64,000 bases of DNA, from NCBI GenBank assembly GCA_964647565.1, contig CAZYIM010000001.1, forward strand, positions 84,184 through 148,183, read 5' to 3'. The position numbers and the translations under genes are program-made. Source of the stretch: an uncultured Methanosarcinales archaeon (GTDB taxonomy: Archaea; Nanobdellota; Nanobdellia; Woesearchaeales; CAZYIM01). This document shows, in pieces, positions 58,937 to 64,000 of this stretch. Positions within the stretch are counted from its first letter, which is position 1, and the number at the start of each line of letters is the position of its first letter. Under the pieces are notes generated by a model. The model had not been told where the DNA came from, did not search any database, and saw nothing but the letters and a program-made list of their open reading frames with translations.

Positions 58937-59589
58937 AGTATCCGGTGCAGGAAGTGTTGAGTGCCTTCGGCATAGGAAAAACAGATATTGAATATACTCC
59001 TAGCTATAATGTTGCTCCGCAGCAGGACATCATTGGTGTTGTTGATGATCAGGGCGAGCTTGGGCTTGAGCAGTTCCGCTGGGGCCTGATTCCTTTTTGG
59101 GCTAAGGACGAAAAGATCGGATATAAGATGATCAATGCAAGGGGTGAGACCATTGCAGAGAAGGCCTCTTTTCGGACCAGTTTTAAAAGTAAGAGATGCC
59201 TGGTGGCTGCAGACGGTTTCTATGAGTGGAAAAAGGTGGGCAATTCTAAGGTTCCTTTTTATTTTACTCTTGCAAACAGGAAGGTGTTTGGCTTTGCAGG
59301 TCTTTGGGACCAATGGAACTCTCCGGATGGTAAGGCCATAAAAACTTGCACAATCGTTACAACCAATCCAAATCCTTTGTTAAAGCAGGTGCATGACAGG
59401 ATGCCAGTCATCATTGAAAAAAAGGATGAGAAAAAATGGCTGGGACAAGAAACAGATATAGATGAATTGCAAGCACTTATCAAGCCTTATCCTGAAAAAC
59501 TGATGAAGAAATCTCAGGTCACCGAGTTTGTCAATTCTGTGAAGAACAATTCTCCAAAATGCATCGAAGCCCAGCAGACATTATTCTGA
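58915..59589 (+). CDS. SRAP (SOS response-associated peptidase, YedK/HMCES family)
   Basis: MCGRF, YNVAP, WGLIP, INARGET, GFYEW, HDRMP. Confidence 0.95.
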   Translation: MCGRFTLKYPVQEVLSAFGIGKTDIEYTPSYNVAPQQDIIGVVDDQGELGLEQFRWGLIPFWAKDEKIGYKMINARGETIAEKASFRTSFKSKRCLVAADGFYEWKKVGNSKVPFYFTLANRKVFGFAGLWDQWNSPDGKAIKTCTIVTTNPNPLLKQVHDRMPVIIEKKDEKKWLGQETDIDELQALIKPYPEKLMKKSQVTEFVNSVKNNSPKCIEAQQTLF

Positions 59590-59594
59590 AATTG

Positions 59595-60018
59595 TCAAAA
59601 AGGAATTCTGACTTTTTTCAAGCATATCTTTTTTTGATCATGTTTGAAAGTGATATGAAAATGCTCAAAAAAGACATTTCTCCCCAGCAGAAAGGGAACA
59701 TCTGATTCTGGATCTTGAATTATCATGGCAGGAACAGTCAAGAAATATTGCTCTTTATTATTTTGAATAGTAACCCGCAATTCTGAATTTCTTACTTTTA
59801 CTGTGCCCCCTACGCCACCCGAATAAGATAAATTTCCAGATTCCCGCATTCCAAGCATTGCAGCCATTTGTTTAGGAACAACTGCACCAGAATCAACAAG
59901 AGCATTAATCTTCACTAATCTATCTAATTCTGTTCTGACAAATATTGGGATGAACGGAGCATTTTTTAATACCCCCATCAGGTCTGTCAATAGAGGTATA
60001 TCTAAATGTGATTGTCAT
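59595..60018 (-). pseudogene. Retropepsin-like aspartyl protease, frameshifted
   Basis: ATG 60018 MTITFRYTSIDRPDGGIK shifts frame at an A6 run (59962-59967) into NAPFIPI...ALVDSGA...LLGR. Confidence 0.65.
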
Positions 60019-60033
60019 TTTTCTAAGATTTAT

Positions 60034-60219
60034 TCAGAATAACCAGATATCACTAGCAGGTATCTTGGTTATAGTGGGTATTGATTTACAGTTATTGATA
60101 CATTTGTTTAATTTAGCCAGATTCTTGTTATGACCAATTACCTTGTCATCGCAAATTACGATCCATTCTCCAACGTAGTTTGAAAATTTGATTTTGGGTA
60201 AGACATCCTTTGCAACCAT
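60034..60219 (-). CDS. DUF5678-like small protein
   Basis: YVGEWIVI.DDKVI.H pattern; directly upstream of the aspartyl protease. Confidence 0.65.
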   Translation of the reverse strand: MVAKDVLPKIKFSNYVGEWIVICDDKVIGHNKNLAKLNKCINNCKSIPTITKIPASDIWLF

Positions 60220-60317
60220 TTTTAATAACTTAATAAGTATGCAGAAGTTTAAAAATTTTATTGAAAAAAATCTGAAGAATTTCCGATTAAATATCCTGCA
60301 GACATTATTCTAAGAAA

Positions 60318-60920
60318 TTATTTCAGATAGCTGTTTAACACTGGCGCCATCTTTTGTATAGAACCGTCAAAATCAACATCAGTCTTTTGGAGAGCATTTG
60401 ATGGCATAGCATTTCTATAGTTACCCACTGCATCTGAAGCATCGTCATCTTGAAGACTGCCATTTTCTGATTGAACAAATGTGGCACCGCCGCACTGCTG
60501 GATGTGGTTAAGGCCTCTCATTCCGTCTTTGCCCAAGCCGCTTAGTACCACACCAACACATTTCTCTTTATAGAACTCTGCTGCACCGATCATCAAACGG
60601 TTAATATTTCCATCTGAATGCCGCTGTCCTGTAAAGACAATTCCGCCCTCTTTGAACTCTGATTCCTTGAATCTTTCACAAGATGACCAAAACTTAGGTG
60701 AAGCAACATAGACCTTTCCAGGTTCAAAGGTTGTATTGTCTTTTACACCGACAACATCAACATCAGTTGTTACTAAATGAGTATATATTTCATCAGAATT
60801 GACATGAGGCATCAGGAAAACAGCTGCAGATCCATTTAACTCTAACTTAGGCACAAGGTAAGACATTGCCTCATATCCTCCGCTGGATGAACCCATTATT
60901 ACGAATCTCTCTATTGGCAT
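60318..60920 (-). CDS. Stand-alone CheB-like methylesterase domain (copy 1)
   Basis: GSSSGG, MPH, GVVLSGLGKDG..GL, Q...MP..A. Confidence 0.8.
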   Translation of the reverse strand: MPIERFVIMGSSSGGYEAMSYLVPKLELNGSAAVFLMPHVNSDEIYTHLVTTDVDVVGVKDNTTFEPGKVYVASPKFWSSCERFKESEFKEGGIVFTGQRHSDGNINRLMIGAAEFYKEKCVGVVLSGLGKDGMRGLNHIQQCGGATFVQSENGSLQDDDASDAVGNYRNAMPSNALQKTDVDFDGSIQKMAPVLNSYLK

Positions 60921-60983
60921 GCAAATAAACAAGGATTTTCTATTTATAAATGTTTTGTTTTTTACTACTTAGAAATGAAGAAA

Positions 60984-61607
60984 CTATACCATATAGCTGT
61001 TCAATACTGACGCCATCTTTTGTATAGAGATTGAGAAATCAACATCTGTTAAGTCTCTCGCATTTTCAGGCATCTCACTAACATAGTTGCCCACTGCATC
61101 TGAAGCATCGTCATCTTGAAGACTGCCATTTTCTAACTGGACCAGGGTAACCCCGCCAAGCTCGCTGATACGGTTAAGGCCGTCTGCTCCATCATCCCCA
61201 AATCCGCTCAGGACAACACCCATGCATTTCTCTTTGTAGAACTCTGCAGCACCCTCCATCATACGGTCGATATTTTGTCCTCTTTGTATCGAATGCGAAA
61301 AAACAATCCCTTTTTCGTTGAGATAAGCATGCCTGAACAGATTTTCCGAGTCAAAAAAAGTATGTGCGGCCAAATAGATCTTACCAGGCTCAAGGTCAGT
61401 AGTCTCCGCCACACCAACGACTTCAATTCCGTTCTTCTTGAGATTTTGATATGTGGTCTTGGTCCTAATGTGGGGCATAATAAAAACAGTCGAAGATTCA
61501 TTCAGCTTCAACTGAGGAATTAGATATTCTAAAGCTTCTTGTCCTCCTGATGAGCTACCCATTATTACGAATCTCTCTATTGGTTGAGATTGTTTTTCTG
61601 TTGGCAT
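60984..61607 (-). CDS. Stand-alone CheB-like methylesterase domain (copy 2)
   Basis: GSSSGG, MPH, GVVLSGFGDDG..GL. Confidence 0.8.
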   Translation of the reverse strand: MPTEKQSQPIERFVIMGSSSGGQEALEYLIPQLKLNESSTVFIMPHIRTKTTYQNLKKNGIEVVGVAETTDLEPGKIYLAAHTFFDSENLFRHAYLNEKGIVFSHSIQRGQNIDRMMEGAAEFYKEKCMGVVLSGFGDDGADGLNRISELGGVTLVQLENGSLQDDDASDAVGNYVSEMPENARDLTDVDFSISIQKMASVLNSYMV

Positions 61608-61713
61608 GTCACGTTCTAGGAATTCATCATTTATAAATGTTTTGGAAATTAACTACTCGCAAGTGATGATGTGGGAAATATTTATAAACATCTCTGGATT
61701 CTTGCAGATTACA

Positions 61714-62625
61714 ATGGTGGCAATTCAAGAAATAAATAAAATTATAATAGATGGTGCAACACTCGATATGATATCTCATGGCAATCAGGCTATTGTCAGC
61801 TTAGGAAAACCCTTTCCAGGCGATACTGGTGCAGAAAGGAGAGGTAATTGGGCAAATTCAGAGAAAGGTGCTTATTCGAGTGCTTTGGTAACATTAGAAA
61901 ATGGGCAAGAGACAGGTAGGAAAATGCTTGATCCATATGCACAATCCCTTGCAATCAATGACAACGGAGAAACATTTATTGCAGCTTATCGAGACATAAA
62001 ATGGATCGGATCAGAGATATGCAGCATAGGTGCAGCTGAGCAGCTTGCCAGCTTATGTAAAATAGAAAGTGACTTGGTGCCTTCAATGGCATTTGCAAAT
62101 GGAGAGTTGTATGCAGCTGTCCAGACATCTTTCACAGGACCAATAGCACTCTGGAATGAAGAGTCCTTTGTCGGCAAGATAAAAGAAGGAGAATTCAAAC
62201 CAGTAGCAAAAGTGGCAGAAAGAGTAAACAGAGATGGGCTCGAGGTCACCTGTCTTGCACCTTACAATAACGGTTTTTTAGTCGGTCTTGCAAGAGAAGG
62301 CGGCGGAAGACTGATCTATCTGAATGAAAAGAATGTTATAGAGAAAAGCTCAGACCAGCCACGCGGAGTCTGGGGCATAGATGTAGATAAGCAGAATAAC
62401 ATATATGTTGCTTATGGAAACATGGATAAGAATAGTGCTATAGGAGATCTTTTAGTCATCAAGGATTTTGAGAAAAAAAGCCCTCAGACAATAGGACAAT
62501 TACATTTTTCAGACCAGGCAGCTTTAGATGTCAGTGTTGTACAAGATGGAACAATCTACACGCTTTTATCTGACACTGCTGATGGTAAAAGGAATGATGT
62601 GCTCTCTGTCATGAAAATGGATTAA
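61714..62625 (+). CDS. Beta-propeller-like hypothetical protein
   Basis: Repeats SLAINDNG.TFIA, GIDVDKQNNIYVA, DVSVVQDGTIY; TATA at 61681. Confidence 0.6.
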   Translation: MVAIQEINKIIIDGATLDMISHGNQAIVSLGKPFPGDTGAERRGNWANSEKGAYSSALVTLENGQETGRKMLDPYAQSLAINDNGETFIAAYRDIKWIGSEICSIGAAEQLASLCKIESDLVPSMAFANGELYAAVQTSFTGPIALWNEESFVGKIKEGEFKPVAKVAERVNRDGLEVTCLAPYNNGFLVGLAREGGGRLIYLNEKNVIEKSSDQPRGVWGIDVDKQNNIYVAYGNMDKNSAIGDLLVIKDFEKKSPQTIGQLHFSDQAALDVSVVQDGTIYTLLSDTADGKRNDVLSVMKMD

Positions 62626-62678
62626 ACTTTTTCTTTTTTCCAAAGAATTTAAAAACAGTAATTTATTACCCCTAGGGG

Positions 62679-64000
62679 ATGGGTGTGGATCAGTTAGATA
62701 AAAAATTAGCGGCTGAGCCTGAAAAGGAGGAAAACACAATTCTTTTCCAGTCTATAGAGCCGCAAGAGAACTCCAAGCTGGTTGTATCTTCAAAATTCAA
62801 TTCAAGGCAGGCCGACCAGCTGCTCAAGGATTTCTATTCAGTCGATAACAAGAAGGATGAAGAAAGGCTCTATTATTTCACAACAGCCCATATCGGCTCG
62901 CAATCTTATATGGGCATGTTCGGTGATTTTGCTCCGTCTATTGTATATGCTGCAAACAAATTCCATAATCTCCATCTGCCTTACAGGGAGAGCTATCTGC
63001 AAGAGTTTGCATATTCAAAATTATTGCATCTTTATTGTACCTTAGACAGGTCTATCATGTTCGGATACTACAACAGGCATATTGCCAAGAGCAAGGTCTT
63101 CAACCTTAATTCAGTGGCAGCCATAATGAAGCATCCAGAACTTAGTTTGGAGTACGATCATCTTGAAAAGAAGGATGTGCCAGATGAAGAATTGAGAGCC
63201 ACTTTGTTCCAGGTCAAACTGAACGCCACTAAACTGGTCAAGTATGTCAAGACTGATTTTTCCGGTTATAAAAAGAAAAAAGCCACCAAGCACCGGTTGT
63301 CATATCCTGGCCAGCTCGAAGATATGTTCGGCAAGAATCTTAAGGGCATCCTATTGTATGGCTCGAGTGCAAGAGGCAAGGGCAAGGACTTTGACAATGT
63401 TGTCGTACTAAAGACTCTTCCCAAGAACCTTTATGAAAAGATCCACATGATGAAACCTGATGAAAAAGGCAAGGATGTAGGCCACATCTTCATGCCAGCT
63501 CATGTTGTCGAGAAATTCCTCTATATAAATGTCAGCAACACATTATTCAGGGATCATGCCAAGGTATTGCATGGCGAGTTCAAATTCCCTATAGACTCAG
63601 AAAGGTATAAAGTGTTCAAGGAGATGTATCACGCAGGATTTGGTTCTGGCAAGTTGATATCCTCAATGAACCTGGCATACAGGGAGCCAGAGATCTTCTT
63701 TGACAAGGAAGGCTTGTTTGAGTATTTCATGAAACTAAACAGGTTTTCACTTCACGGCCTTTTGCAAAAAGACGGCTATGTGACGCCTGAAAAAGAGGAG
63801 TTGATGGAGATCCTAAGAGATGAATATGATTTTGAGGTGCCTGAGTTTCGGGCAGACAAAAGCTATATCCAGGAATGGTTTTTGAGAGCCAACAAAGCCT
63901 CTGTAGCCCTAGCAAGAAAACTCTATGAACCCAATCTAGCTAAAGAAGAGGGTGAGCACCTGATCAACATAAAGGGCCAGATAGAGGAAAAGATCTACAC
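62679..64000 (+). CDS. Large protein with internal nucleotidyltransferase domain, 3'-truncated by window edge (absent from ORF track)
   Basis: Open frame from ATG 62679 to end; ILLYGSSARG.GKDFDNVVV near 63350-63410. Confidence 0.75.
   Translation, partial: MGVDQLDKKLAAEPEKEENTILFQSIEPQENSKLVVSSKFNSRQADQLLKDFYSVDNKKDEERLYYFTTAHIGSQSYMGMFGDFAPSIVYAANKFHNLHLPYRESYLQEFAYSKLLHLYCTLDRSIMFGYYNRHIAKSKVFNLNSVAAIMKHPELSLEYDHLEKKDVPDEELRATLFQVKLNATKLVKYVKTDFSGYKKKKATKHRLSYPGQLEDMFGKNLKGILLYGSSARGKGKDFDNVVVLKTLPKNLYEKIHMMKPDEKGKDVGHIFMPAHVVEKFLYINVSNTLFRDHAKVLHGEFKFPIDSERYKVFKEMYHAGFGSGKLISSMNLAYREPEIFFDKEGLFEYFMKLNRFSLHGLLQKDGYVTPEKEELMEILRDEYDFEVPEFRADKSYIQEWFLRANKASVALARKLYEPNLAKEEGEHLINIKGQIEEKIY

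Noticed and set aside
58693..59313. 206-aa minus-strand ORF
   Set aside because: Antisense to well-supported polB2 and SRAP genes

Overview
AT-rich, gene-dense archaeal chromosome segment. Archaeal markers are a group II chaperonin, an intron-containing tRNA-Ser(CGA) with a canonical bulge-helix-bulge, TATA/BRE promoters and GGTG(A)-type Shine-Dalgarno sites. Gene content (double-AsnC, TrmB and AbrB-PhoU regulators, MNT-HEPN and RelE pairs, many orphans) suggests a DPANN/Woesearchaeota-like organism; this is inference. Housekeeping genes (ileS, thermosome, nth, AlkD, a coaD-coaE fusion, a PolB2/SRAP repair cassette) are interspersed with orphan ORFs. No CRISPR array, integrase, transposase, reverse transcriptase or rRNA was recognised. 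Main unexplained signals: (1) an unannotated 21-codon Ile-rich leader peptide with alternative RNA helices just upstream of ileS, a candidate ribosome-sensed attenuator in an archaeon; (2) a head-to-tail array of seven divergent paralogues joined by a DNA-conserved 14-mer (ATACCAACAATAGA, IPTIE/IPTID); (3) a palindrome TTTTACCACT-N4-AGTGATAAAA at a fixed 9-10 nt distance upstream of the TATA box of about nine promoters; (4) dispersed triloop-hairpin elements, one duplicating the tRNA 3' end. All calls come from motif reading by eye; no database search was run.
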